Assembly: GCF_001194135.2 (NCBI RefSeq)
Contig: NC_069003.1
Span: 30,206,686 to 30,259,953 of the forward strand
Source: Octopus bimaculoides
Taxonomy: Eukaryota
Reading direction: 5' to 3'
Length of the DNA stretch: 53,268 bases
Under the pieces are notes generated by a model. The model was not told the DNA's origin. It did not search any database and was given only the letters and a program-made list of their open reading frames with translations. The first letter of the stretch is position 1. Each line of letters begins with the position of its first letter. The position numbers were made by a program, and so were the translations under genes. Positions 1 through 10,834 of this stretch are shown here, piece by piece.

Positions 1-573
1 TATATATATAGTTTGCGTATAAGTATTTTGCTATGACCTAATTACCAATATGTATAAGACATAAGTACCAAAATAACAATTTTTTTTTTGTTAACACAAG
101 TCTCTGCTCATCTCTATAACTTTTTGGAATTAACCCTTCCAAAGTTCTTTACCACATACCGTGATTCTCTCTCTCATACACTCGTACACCATTCTTCATA
201 TTAGTTATTCCTTCTTTCAGTCAGTCTCTCTCTCTATATATATATATATCTATATAAATATATATGTTTTTGACTTAATAACTTCTTTTTCTGCTTGTGG
301 AAGTCTTTTATTAATATTCTTTTTGGTTTTTCTTTTCCATTCTATTCTAGTTCGTGGCAGGGGCGAAGTAAGCATGGTATACGGGATGGGGGGAGAGAGA
401 TGATGGGGGTACAAGACGAAAACATTATTCCGTAACTGATTTTTTCCCAGAACATGGCATCATACGCGATGACATAAAGTATAATAATGAAATGTAACTC
501 GATACCTAATGTAGTAAATTCTACTATATCTACTAATGTACCAATACTGCGGGCCATATGTATGTATATATAT

Positions 574-780
574 TCTTTTATATGTTTCAGTCATTTGACT
601 GCGGTCATGCTGGAGCACCGCCTTTAGTCGAACAAATCGACCCCAGAACTTATTCTTTCTAAGCCTAGTACTTATTCTATCGGATGCCTTTGCCGAATCG
701 CTACGTTACAAGGACGTAAACACCCCCAACATCGGTTGTCAAGTGATAGTGGTGTTCGTGGTGAGGGGACAAACGGACAC
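574..780 (-). mobile_element. S1 SINE, 3' half
   Basis: gtttcagtcatttgactgcggtcatgctggagcaccgcctttagtcg is the reverse complement of the S1 3' end seen at 28430-28486 and 44995-45045. Confidence 0.85.
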
Positions 781-876
781 ACACACTTACATAGATATAT
801 ATACCACACAGCGGCTCCTGCGCCTATATATATATATATACACACGAATGTATGTAAATAAATGATTGTGCATAAT

Positions 877-1092
877 CTTTTATTGTTTGTTTCAGTCTTT
901 AGAGTGCGGCCATGCTGGGGCAGGGAGCACCGCCTTGAAGAATTTTTAGTCAAATGAATCGACACCAGTACTTAATTGGTTTTTTTTTTAGAAAAGCCTG
1001 CTACTTAGTGTATCGTCTCATTTGCTGAATCGCTAAGTTACGGTGACATAAACAAATCAACACCGGTCGTCAAGCTGCGGCGGTGGTGGTGG

Positions 1093-1175
<83 letters not shown>

Positions 1176-1205
1176 GACGTGCTTCTTTCAATTTCGGTCT
1201 TCCAA
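877..1205 (-). mobile_element. S1 SINE, 5'-truncated, with internal (CA)n/(TA)n
   Basis: Same S1 blocks (cggccatgctgggg...ccgccttgaagaatttttagtc...ctaagttacgg); long CA run at about 1094-1153. Confidence 0.8.
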
Positions 1206-1354
1206 AATATGATTTATATTTAACTACACATTAGTTCGTTTTATATATATATGCATACATATGTTTGTGTGTGTGTGTGTATATATACACATACGTATAT
1301 GTGTATGTATACATACATCTAGAGGTATGTGTTGTGTATATATGTTTATATATC

Positions 1355-1401
<47 letters not shown>

Positions 1402-1410
1402 GCACACACA

Positions 1411-1570
1411 CACACTGGTTGACAATGGGTGTTCGTGTGTTAACATCCTTGTAACTTAGTGGTTCAGCAAAAGAGACCGGCTTGAAAAATGTCCTGGGGT
1501 CGATTTGTTTGACTAAAACGTTTCAGTGCAGTGTTCCAGCATGGCCACAGTCAAATGACTGAAATAAGTA
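1411..1570 (+). mobile_element. S1 SINE, 3' half
   Basis: ttgacaa...gtaacttagtggttcagcaaaagagacc...cctggggtcgatttg...ccagcatggccacagtcaaatgactgaaa. Confidence 0.85.
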
Positions 1571-1606
1571 ATAAAAGAATATATATATAATGTTTTTGTG
1601 TGTGTG

Positions 1607-1699
<93 letters not shown>

Positions 1700-1732
1700 A
1701 AATATGTGCACATGTGTCCATGTATGTGTCAT

Positions 1733-1960
1733 TCATCATCATCGTCATTTAACTTACATTTTCCATGCTGGCATGGGTTGAACTGTTTGACCAGAGCTGG
1801 CAAGATGGTGAGCCGTACCAGGTTCCATTTTCCATGCTGGCATGGCTTGGACAGTTTGACCAGAGCTGTACCAGGTTCCAGTCTGATTTGGCTAGGTTTC
1901 TACAGCTGGATGCCTTTCCTAACACTTTACAAAGTGTGCTGGTTGCTTTCTACATGAACT
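1733..1960 (-). mobile_element. S5 SINE-like element, 3' part, with an internal ~40-bp duplication
   Basis: (cat)n then tttaac..ttccatgctggcatggg (twice) and tttctacagctggatgcctttcctaacac, the reverse complement of the S5 body and (gat)n tail. Confidence 0.75.
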
Positions 1961-2109
1961 GGCAGGAGTATGTGCGTATATATGGGTGTTTTATCGTGGA
2001 GGAGTTTTGGGGAAATGTCTAGCACCTATCATGGCGTTTGCAGGTATTTTGAACCAGTGAGATTTGTGATGCTGTTTAACTTTCAGTTAATCTGTTAACA
2101 GATTTTGAT

Positions 2110-2328
2110 TCATAAGAGCCTGTTTCCTGGTTTCCTTGGCATAAATATTCCCCACCTGGACAGAATACTGGTCCATCACAGAATTACTAAGTTTCATTAA
2201 CTGAGTGGACTGGAGCAATGTGAAGTGTTTTGGTCAAGAACACAGCACGTTGCTTGGTCCAGGAACTGAAACCACAATCTTACGATCATGAGTCCAACAT
2301 TCCTAACCACTAAGCCACATGCCTCCAC
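2110..2328 (-). mobile_element. S4 tRNA-derived SINE (CORE-like middle, beta tail), full length
   Basis: Minus-strand head gtggaggcatgtggcttagtggttagg (A box) ... gtggtttcagttcc (B box); middle ttcttgaccaaaacacttcacattgctccagtccactcag; tail gtgatggaccagtattctgtccaggtgggg. Confidence 0.8.
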
Positions 2329-3069
2329 AAAAAATTGACTAGCAAGTCACTACAGAGATTTGAACCTAGTATGTCTCAAATTCAAGTTAAATGCGTTGTA
2401 CTATTTGACACTTGAAGGAAAGATATTTCGAGAGAGGATACCATAGAGAGGTGATGTCGTGTGGTCAGTGCAGGATGGGCGGTCTGCATGCAAAAAGAAT
2501 GAAAAGTAGTTGTGATCTAAGTGGTTCAAGAGTTCCTGAATAGTAGAGGTGCATGTCCAAACAGTTTTAAGGAATGGAGACACTTATAGCAGCAGTAAAA
2601 AAAAAAAATTTTTTAATGACAGAGGAGACAGCAACTGTGTTGACCAGAGACTGGAGGGAATATGAAAGTGATTTACGTCCAATCCGTCAAGTGACTATTA
2701 ACTGGATGCCGTCTCCTGGATCTTTTTGGTTGTTGTCACAGATTTGGATGTTTTAAAATTGAGTGAAAATTTTGAAAGTTATTATACTGCTGTAATTTTT
2801 GGTGCTGAATCTGAATTTGGGATTCATTTATTCCAGAAAAAATTATTGTAAAGTTTTACAGAGGTTCAAAGTTTGATCATTTATAATCCAATCAGAAACC
2901 AGCATTTTTTTGTGTAATAGCTGTCTGTCACCAAATGATTCTTGTCAAAGCTTGTGGTGGTGGTGGTTGTGATGGTTAAAGTGACACAGGGGTGCAGTAC
3001 AGTTTCCTTGTTATAATGAAAATGGGACAGACTACAGTTTTGCTTGTTTCTATGGAAACAGACACAAGT

Positions 3070-3530
3070 GAAATCGAAATCAAATTCGATGACTGGCATC
3101 CGTGCTAGTGGAGCGCTAAGAGCACCATCCGAGCATGATCGTTGCCACAGCAGCTGACTGATGTTCGTGCCGGTGGCACGTAAAAAGCACCATTTGAGCG
3201 TGATCATTACTAGCGTCGCCTTACTGGCACTTGTGCTGGTGGCACATGAAAAGTATTCGAACGAGGTCGTTGTCAGTGCTGCAGGACTGGCTTATAAAAA
3301 GCACCATTTGAGCATGGCCATTGCCAGTACCATCTGACTGGCCCTCGTGCTGGTGGCACGTAAAAGCACCCACTACACTCTCGGAGTGGTTGGTGTTAGG
3401 AAGGGCATCCAGCTGTAGAAACTCTGCCAGATCAGATTGGAGCCTGGTGCAGCCATCTGGTTCACCAGTCCTCAGTCAAATCGTCCAACCCATGCCAGCA
3501 AGGAAAGCGGACGTTAGACGATGATGATGA
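3070..3530 (+). mobile_element. S5 SINE-like element with about 5 tandem ~60-bp internal modules and a (GAT)n tail
   Basis: Module gtgc(c/t)ggtggcac at 3167, 3233 and 3347; conserved body cactacactctcggagtggttggtgttaggaagggcatccagctgtagaaac; tail gatgatgatg. Confidence 0.85.
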
Positions 3531-3818
3531 TGTTATATATATATATATGTGGTGTATGGTAGTGGTTGTATTGGGTCTGCTGTCACACCCAGTGCCACCA
3601 AATTTCAAACAGGGGTATAACGAAAGTTTTCCATTAAGATTTGTGATTAAATTAACGAGTAAGGTTAATATTTATGAGTTTGACATTTCCAATGGGTGTG
3701 CAGTTCACATCTAACACACCTGGAATATACACCTCTGGTAATTTGACATACCTACACAAGTATCCATCTTCCGACTTTGTTTTCTCATAATTTTTAATGA
3801 AATTTTTTTTAAAAAATA

Positions 3819-4215
3819 GGTGCAGGTTTGGCTGTGTGGTAAAAAGTCTGCTTTTCAACCACATATTTCTGGGTTCAGTCCCATTGCATGGCACCTTAGG
3901 CAAGTATCTTCTTATATAGCCTCAGGCTGACCAGTGTTGTGGATGGATGTGGTAGACAGAAACTGGGAGAAGCCCATTATGTATGTATGCGTGTGTGTGA
4001 GTCCTTGTTTGTCCTCCACTGCTGATTGGCAACCGGTGTTGGTATGTTTATGTCCCTGTAACTTAGCAGTTCGGCAAAAGGGGCCGTGATAGGATAAGTA
4101 CCAGGTGTAAAATAAAAAAATAAGTACTGGGTTTGATTCATTCAACTAAAAATTCTTCAAGGCGGTGCCCCAGTATGGCCGCAGTCTAATAACTGAAACA
4201 AATCAAATGTAAAAG
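3819..4215 (+). mobile_element. S1 tRNA-derived SINE, full length
   Basis: Head ggctgtgtggtaa (A box) ... gggttcagtccc (B box), then ggcaagtatcttc, central TG-rich tract and the S1 3' end. Confidence 0.85.
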
Positions 4216-4342
4216 GGTTGTTGATTACAACAAAATTGGAACTTTATGTGAAGAATTAAGAATTGTTGGAGACACATGAATGAATATTGACACACCTCAC
4301 ATAACTTTGCAAAATTTCAAAATCCATTTTGTTGATACTTAA

Positions 4343-4552
4343 CCCTTTCAGTACCAATCTGGCTGAAACCAGCTCTGGTTCTGTAGTACAAATGTCTTGT
4401 TTTCATAAGCTTTGAATTAAAATCTTCCATCAAACCTTAGTCACTAACACTAGCTTAATGATAACTAAGTTATTTTACTAAATTCTTTGTTATATTTAAA
4501 ATCAATTGAAAGAAACACAGAGCATCTCAAAAGAAATATGATAACAAAAGGG
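4343..4552. mobile_element. piggyBac-type MITE, family A, copy 1 (210 bp)
   Basis: TTAA|CCCTTT ... AAAGGG|TTAA (TTAA at 4339-4342 and 4553-4556); no ORF. Confidence 0.8.
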
Positions 4553-4705
4553 TTAAACATGAAGTAATATCAATGTTGTGTAGGTTTAAGAGGACATCAG
4601 TTCATAATGAAATTTCTTTACAGTCACTTGACTGCTAAAAATAGCAGCCAAATTTCCTGTAAACATTCTTGGCAATCATTAACGCTCTACCAGAGAACTA
4701 TTTAA

Positions 4706-4927
4706 CTCTTTCAATACCAACTTGGCTGAAACCAGCTCTGGTTCTTTAGTACAAATGTCTTGTTTCCAAAAGTTCTGAATTAAAATCTTCCACCAAACCT
4801 TAGTCACAATTTATGTTCTTAACACTAGCTTAATGATAACTAAGTTATTTTACTAAATTCTTTGTTATATTTAAAATTAATTGAAAGAAACACAGAGAAT
4901 CTCAACAGAAATACAGTACCAAAAGGG
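4706..4927. mobile_element. piggyBac-type MITE, family A, copy 2 (222 bp)
   Basis: TTAA|CTCTTT ... AAAGGG|TTAA; colinear with 4343-4552 apart from an extra 12 bp (aatttatgttct). Confidence 0.8.
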
Positions 4928-4954
4928 TTAAATGTGACGTGTGTCAGTGTGTAT

Positions 4955-5375
4955 CTTTTAGCTTTTCTGCTTGTTATAGTCATCAGACTATAGCCACACT
5001 GGGGCACTGTCTTGGAGAATTTTAATCAAATGGACTGGTTCTAGTCCTGTTTGATTTATTTTATTTTATTTTTTGTTTTTTGTTTAGGCTTGGTACTTAT
5101 TCTATCGGACACTTTTGTCCAACTGCTAAGTTACTGGGATGTAAAAACCCCAACACTGGTTGCCAAGTGGTTGTAGGACACACACACACACACATACACG
5201 CATGCATGCATATACATATACAATGGGCCTCTTTCAGTTTCCATCTTCCAAATCCACTCAATGCTTTGGTCGGCCCAAGGCTATAGTTGAACTGAAAAAT
5301 GTCCAGAGTGCCACAGTGGGACTGAACCTGGAACTGTGTGATTGGGAAGCAAACTTCTTATCTCAAAGCCACACC
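4955..5375 (-). mobile_element. S1 SINE, near full length
   Basis: Reverse-complement S1 blocks with a central (CA)n; head end gggactgaacctggaactgtgtgattgggaagcaaac. Confidence 0.8.
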
Positions 5376-5845
5376 AGTATATGTATATATACATATGTGT
5401 TTGTGTATACACGCACAATGTGTGTGTGTGTGTATTTTTATATGAACATGTGCCTATGTTTACATACAGTCCCCTCTACACCCCCTGACACACTCACCCA
5501 TACATATGTAACATCATAGATTATCCTATTTGAGCATCTTCCCCTTTGTGCCCCCCCCCCACTCCCTGTGTTCCCCTCATTTTCTCCCCTTCACTCGCCC
5601 ACCTATCATCCCCCCATCTTTCCTCCTCTTTCCGCTCCATTCTATGGCTGTGGCTGTTGCAATAACAACCATTATGTTTTTGCCATGTGCTCTCTGAGTT
5701 ATTAGCTGCTATTCACGAGATGATATGCTGATATCGTTTATATCATCATATCAAGACAACAGTTATCCTTATCACCCTGACAATTTATTTCTGGGATATG
5801 GGGAAGGAGGGGAGGGTGGGGAGTGGGTTCCTCTATACTCCATCA

Positions 5846-5897
<52 letters not shown>

Positions 5898-5899
5898 TA

Positions 5900-6110
5900 A
5901 GGCAGCAAGCTGGAAGAATTGCTAGCACGCCCGATGAAATGCTTAGTGGTATTTCGTCCGACTTTACCATCTGAGTTCAAATTCCGCCGAGGTTGACTTT
6001 GCCTGTCATCCTTTCGGGGTCGATAAAATAAGTACCACTTGAACACTGGGGTCAATATAACTGACTCATCCTTCCCACAAATTGCTGCCCTTGTGGCAAA
6101 ATTTGAAACC
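5900..6110 (+). mobile_element. S2 SINE
   Basis: ggcagcaagctggaagaattgctagcacgcc...ctgagttcaaattccgccgagg...cctttcggggtcgataaaataagtacc; preceded by (TTA)n. Confidence 0.85.
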
Positions 6111-6191
6111 TTTAATATTATAATTTATTATTATTATTATTATTATTATATTTAAAAAAAAAGGATTGACGTAACTCTTCACAAAGGTAAA

Positions 6192-6316
6192 TAGTCAAGA
6201 CGAAGAGTGCGATTTTAGATGTTTTATTCTTTGAACAATATTTCGATTTTCATTGGCCCAGGATTTTCATTGTTCAAAGAATAAAACATCTAAAATCGCA
6301 CTCTTCGTCTTGACTA
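6192..6316. repeat. Perfect 48-bp inverted repeat with a 29-nt loop
   Basis: 6192-6239 is the exact reverse complement of 6269-6316 (checked base by base). Confidence 0.95.
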
Positions 6317-6589
6317 ATATTATTATTATTATTATTATCTCCTGCCTTTATTTTTCATATATTTTTCAACTCTTGCAAAACGCACACGTGTGTGCACACG
6401 AATCTACGTACATGCACACACTTTCACTTTTACTCTTTGTGTGTGTTTTCAGTTAATTGGACTGTGGCCATGCTGGGGCACCACTTTCAAGGGTTTTAGT
6501 CTGGTGAATTACAGGATATAGACATACCATTTCTTTTCAAAGTAGTGTCCATTCAAACACACACACACACACACCAATATATACATGCA

Positions 6590-6720
6590 TCAGCATTTAA
6601 CGTCTGGTTTTCATGCTGGCCTGGGTTGGACTGTTTGACAGGAACTGGCCTGCTGAAGAGCTGCCTGGATTCCATGTCTGTTTTGGTATGGTTTCTACAG
6701 CTGGATGCCCTTTATAATGC
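6590..6720 (-). mobile_element. S5 element, 3' fragment
   Basis: tttaacgtctggttttcatgctggcctgggttggactgtttgac...tttctacagctggatgccc. Confidence 0.7.
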
Positions 6721-6758
<38 letters not shown>

Positions 6759-7983
6759 ATAACTCAATCAACCTTCTCACTGGTCAAAATGAATAAACAA
6801 CACTCAATTAAACATCTATTAATGCTATATCACCTGAAAAAATGAATCCATGAAGATGATCTACCCAATATCCACAGATATCACAGACCACACTCGAATC
6901 ATCCCAAGAATACAGACTGTAATCTAAAGAGTCTTGGGATTTGTGGAAACACACATGGCGATGCATTAAATGTTTATAAATTCTATCGAAGGATGATTGT
7001 TATTATTATAATATTTATTCTACATTATATTGGTACAATTTGATGCAACCCCAAAAAACTGGTTCACCAGTCAGCATTATTACGCTGTGGCCAGCATAAT
7101 GGAATAGGAGCTTTATTTGCATATTCAAAACGTTTCCTGTAAACAAATATAAAAAAGGTATATATATATATATNNNNNNNNNNNNNNNNNNNNNNNNNNN
7201 NNNNNNNNNNNNNNNNNNNNNNNNNNNNNNNNNNNNNNNNNNNNNNNNNNNNNNNNNNNNNNNNNNNNNNNNNNNNNNNNNNNNNNNNNNNNNNNNNNNN
7301 NNNNNNNNNNNNNNNNNNNNNNNNNNNNNNNNNNNNNNNNNNNNNNNNNNNNNNNNNNNNNNNNNNNNNNNNNNNNNNNNNNNNNNNNNNNNNNNNNNNN
7401 NNNNNNNNNNNNNNNNNNNNNNNNNNNNNNNNNNNNNNNNNNNNNNNNNNNNNNNNNNNNNNNNNNNNNNNNNNNNNNNNNNNNNNNNNNNNNNNNNNNN
7501 NNNNNNNNNNNNNNNNNNNNNNNNNNNNNNNNNNNNNNNNNNNNNNNNNNNNNNNNNNNNNNNNNNNNNNNNNNNNNNNNNNNNNNNNNNNNNNNNNNNN
7601 NNNNNNNNNNNNNNNNNNNNNNNNNNNNNNNNNNNNNNNNNNNNNNNNNNNNNNNNNNNNNNNNNNNNNNNNNNNNNNNNNNNNNNNNNNNNNNNNNNNN
7701 NNNNNNNNNNNNNNNNNNNNNNNNNNNNNNNNNNNNNNNNNNNNNNNNNNNNNNNNNNNNNNNNNNNNNNNNNNNNNNNNNNNNNNNNNNNNNNNNNNNN
7801 NNNNNNNNNNNNNNNNNNNNNNNNNNNNNNNNNNNNNNNNNNNNNNNNNNNNNNNNNNNNNNNNNNNNNNNNNNNNNNNNNNNNNNNNNNNNNNNNNNNN
7901 NNNNNNNNNNNNNNNNNNNNNNNNNNNNNNNNNNNNNNNNNNNNNNNNNNNNNNNNNNNNNNNNNNNNNNNNNNNNNNNNNNN

Positions 7984-8020
<37 letters not shown>

Positions 8021-8023
<3 letters not shown>

Positions 8024-8095
8024 GAGGCATGTGGCTTAGTGGTTAGGGTGTCAACACCATGATCATAAGATTGTGGTTTCGATTCTTGGACCGGT
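8021..8095 (+). mobile_element. S4-type SINE tRNA-like head only
   Basis: gtggaggcatgtggcttagtggttagggtg...gtggtttcgattcttggaccgg. Confidence 0.75.
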
Positions 8096-8339
8096 GGACT
8101 GGTGTTTATTATACTCCTTGTTGACTTTGACTTGACTGCCAGTTGCTCTGTGCTTTCAAATACCTGTGGAATATAAGGAAAAACCAGTAAGGGTTGTCAA
8201 CGGGAAGAGCGTCCAGCTGTAAAAGTACTTCTTTCATTCTTCTAAGAACACCCTGTATAACCTATGCTGGCATGGAATAACAAACATTAAAGAAATGAAA
8301 TGTGTATGTATACGAGTGTTTTTCTCCTTGTCTCCGTAT

Positions 8340-8376
8340 TCTTTCTGTTGAAGAGCGTAGCTCGAAACGTCAAAGA
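8340..8376 (+). ncRNA. Degenerate type I hammerhead ribozyme motif (short stem III, Penelope-like-element type)
   Basis: TCTTT-CTGTTGA-A-GAGC-GTA-GCTC-GAAAC-GTC-AAAGA: stem I TCTTT/AAAGA, stem II GAGC/GCTC, GAAA, palindromic ACGT, GUC cleavage triplet. The core is CUGUUGA rather than CUGANGA. Confidence 0.55.
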
Positions 8377-8464
8377 CTTTCCGTATTCCCGAGCGTCATA
8401 CTAATATATACTTTTGTTATTTACACCACCTGTCCTCGTCTGTTGTTATTATTTGTATATTCTC

Positions 8465-8501
<37 letters not shown>

Positions 8502-9759
8502 TAGATCTCATATATTATATTATGTAGCTAAACTTGACTTTTACTTCATTACATTGAATTTCATTGTTGCAAGGAGAAGCAATTCCCAGATGTTCTTTGT
8601 GTAAAGATGTATTAAATACTCTTTATCACCGCTTATAATATAACTGGCAAACATATGTANNNNNNNNNNNNNNNNNNNNNNNNNNNNNNNNNNNNNNNNN
8701 NNNNNNNNNNNNNNNNNNNNNNNNNNNNNNNNNNNNNNNNNNNNNNNNNNNNNNNNNNNNNNNNNNNNNNNNNNNNNNNNNNNNNNNNNNNNNNNNNNNN
8801 NNNNNNNNNNNNNNNNNNNNNNNNNNNNNNNNNNNNNNNNNNNNNNNNNNNNNNNNNNNNNNNNNNNNNNNNNNNNNNNNNNNNNNNNNNNNNNNNNNNN
8901 NNNNNNNNNNNNNNNNNNNNNNNNNNNNNNNNNNNNNNNNNNNNNNNNNNNNNNNNNNNNNNNNNNNNNNNNNNNNNNNNNNNNNNNNNNNNNNNNNNNN
9001 NNNNNNNNNNNNNNNNNNNNNNNNNNNNNNNNNNNNNNNNNNNNNNNNNNNNNNNNNNNNNNNNNNNNNNNNNNNNNNNNNNNNNNNNNNATGTGTGTAT
9101 GTGTATGCATATGTTGTATATATGTATGGTTGCGTATGTATTGGCATTGGTGTGTGTGTGTGTGTGTGTGTATGCATATGTTGTATATGTATGGTTGCGT
9201 ATGTGTTGGCATGCATATGTTGTATATGTATATATGTATGCGTTGTTGTGTGTATGTGTATGCAATACATGTCTGTGTTGGCGTGTGTGCATATATGAAC
9301 ATATGTTGTATATGTATGTATGGTTGCGTATGTGTTGGCATGGGTGTATGTATATGCATATATCTTGTATATGCATGTATGTTTGTGTATGTGTTGTTGT
9401 GTGTTTGTATATACATACATATATTGTTGACGTACACAAAAATGTAAAAACGCCTCTGCCCCCTCCCCCCTTTCTCCTCCGGTGACAATGGAGTATGAAC
9501 ATAGATTAAATTCTTTCCCAAGTGCATGTATACTTGAAAATATTAAGATAATCTTGGCATGTATCTCTGACAGTTACCAAGTAAAAAAGAAAAAAAAAAC
9601 TGTGTCAGCCGTAGATATGATTGTAGTTTACGAAGGGCAGTGCAGAAACGATCTGTGGGAGCGGCTTGCTGTAGCGTCTCGTCTCGTCTCGTCTCGTCTC
9701 GTCTCGTCTTGTCTTGTCTTGTCTAATCTGTAAAAAAGGGGAGATAGTTGCATTGATAT

Positions 9760-10141
9760 GTTGTGTTGTTGTTGGCACTCTGTCGCTTACGACGTCGAAG
9801 GTTCCACTTGAGCTGATCAATGGAACAGCCTGCTTGTGAAATTAACGTGCAAGTGGCTGAGCACTCCACAGACACATGTACCCTCAATGTAGTTCTCGGG
9901 GGATATTCAGCGTGACACAGTGTGTGACAAGGCTGACCCTTTGAATTACAGGCACAACAGAAACAGGAAGAAAGAGTGAGAGAAAGTTGTGGTGGAAGAG
10001 TACAGCAGGGTTCACCACCATCCCCTGCCGGGAGCCTCGTGGAGCTCAATAAACACTCACAACGCCCGGTCTGGGAATCGAAACCGCGATCCTATGATTG
10101 CGAGTCCGCTGCCCTAACCACTGGGCCATTGCGCCTCCACA
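9760..10141 (-). mobile_element. S3 tRNA-derived SINE (alpha tail), full length, 14-bp TSD
   Basis: Minus-strand head tggaggcgcaatggcccagtggttagggcagcggac; (caa)n tail; TSD agttgcattgatat at 9746-9759 and 10142-10155. Confidence 0.92.
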
Positions 10142-10289
10142 AGTTGCATTGATATACATACACGGAATAAATAAATAATTTATCAGAAGTGCTAGGGTAA
10201 ACGCAGTCGTGGTGAGGGCAGGGAGGATGGTCGATGTGCAGGGCATGAAATTTTTTTTAAAAGGAACCAAAACTAAAGCTCGCTAATCA

Positions 10290-10562
10290 TAGCGGAACCT
10301 CAGTTTATGAACAGCTCTCATCACAAATTTCATGCATCACGAATCTCCAATGATGAACATGCAAGCTCTAGCAACAACAGTTGGCAACTAACTGGAAGCT
10401 TCAGAGGGACAGTATCTGTCGCTGTATAGCTTTTGCTCGGTGCATATCCTTGCTTGAATTCACCGGGCCCTCTCTTGAGTTCCCTATGGGCAAAATAGTT
10501 TCGGTTTATAAACATTTGGGGTGATGAATGGCCTTCAGGAACGAATTTTACCCATTTGTGCC

Positions 10563-10607
<45 letters not shown>

Positions 10608-10834
10608 GATTTATTACCCAAAAAATTTTTATTTTTATACAACTTTATCTGATAATAAATATATGAAAAAAATTTTATTGCAATATTTGAAAGACGCTCC
10701 AGTCTTTGATGGCTAACGAAAGATATCTCAGAAAAATACAGGTGTTGCAGAAGTATGATAGCTTATCCTTCTGATCCTAAAAAAAAGGGACAATGGACGC
10801 TAATGGGTTAAATTCTCAAATGGGGGTTCCACTG
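10290..10834. mobile_element. Possible Tigger/pogo-like MITE, degenerate
   Basis: Left end tagcggaacctcagtttatgaac; right end ggttccactg|TA is the reverse complement of TA|CAGTGGAACC. Confidence 0.45.
10551..10807. mobile_element. piggyBac-type MITE nested in the Tigger-like element
   Basis: TTTA|CCCATT ... AATGGG|TTAA; about 10 of 13 terminal positions match as an inverted repeat. Confidence 0.5.

Noticed and set aside
2400-2483. Minus-strand candidate exon (tgcag|ACCGCC.., DRPSCTDHTTSPLYG..)
   Set aside because: Acceptor only, weak donor and no homology recognised.
2574-2880. Possible DNA-transposon remnant (TEETATVLTRDWREYESDL.. plus ggtgctgaatctgaatt)
   Set aside because: No catalytic motif, TIR pair or TSD could be identified, so it is left uncalled.
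3085-3370. CRISPR-like look of hairpin repeats with variable spacers
   Set aside because: The repeats are degenerate, the spacers are homologous to each other, the context is a eukaryotic SINE-like element, and there are no cas genes.
6815-6968. 52-aa minus ORF with CDIC..H (zinc-finger-like) and a 9-bp ATCCCAAGA/TCTTGGGAT hairpin
   Set aside because: Spacing fits no zinc-finger class I know; both features are within chance expectation.
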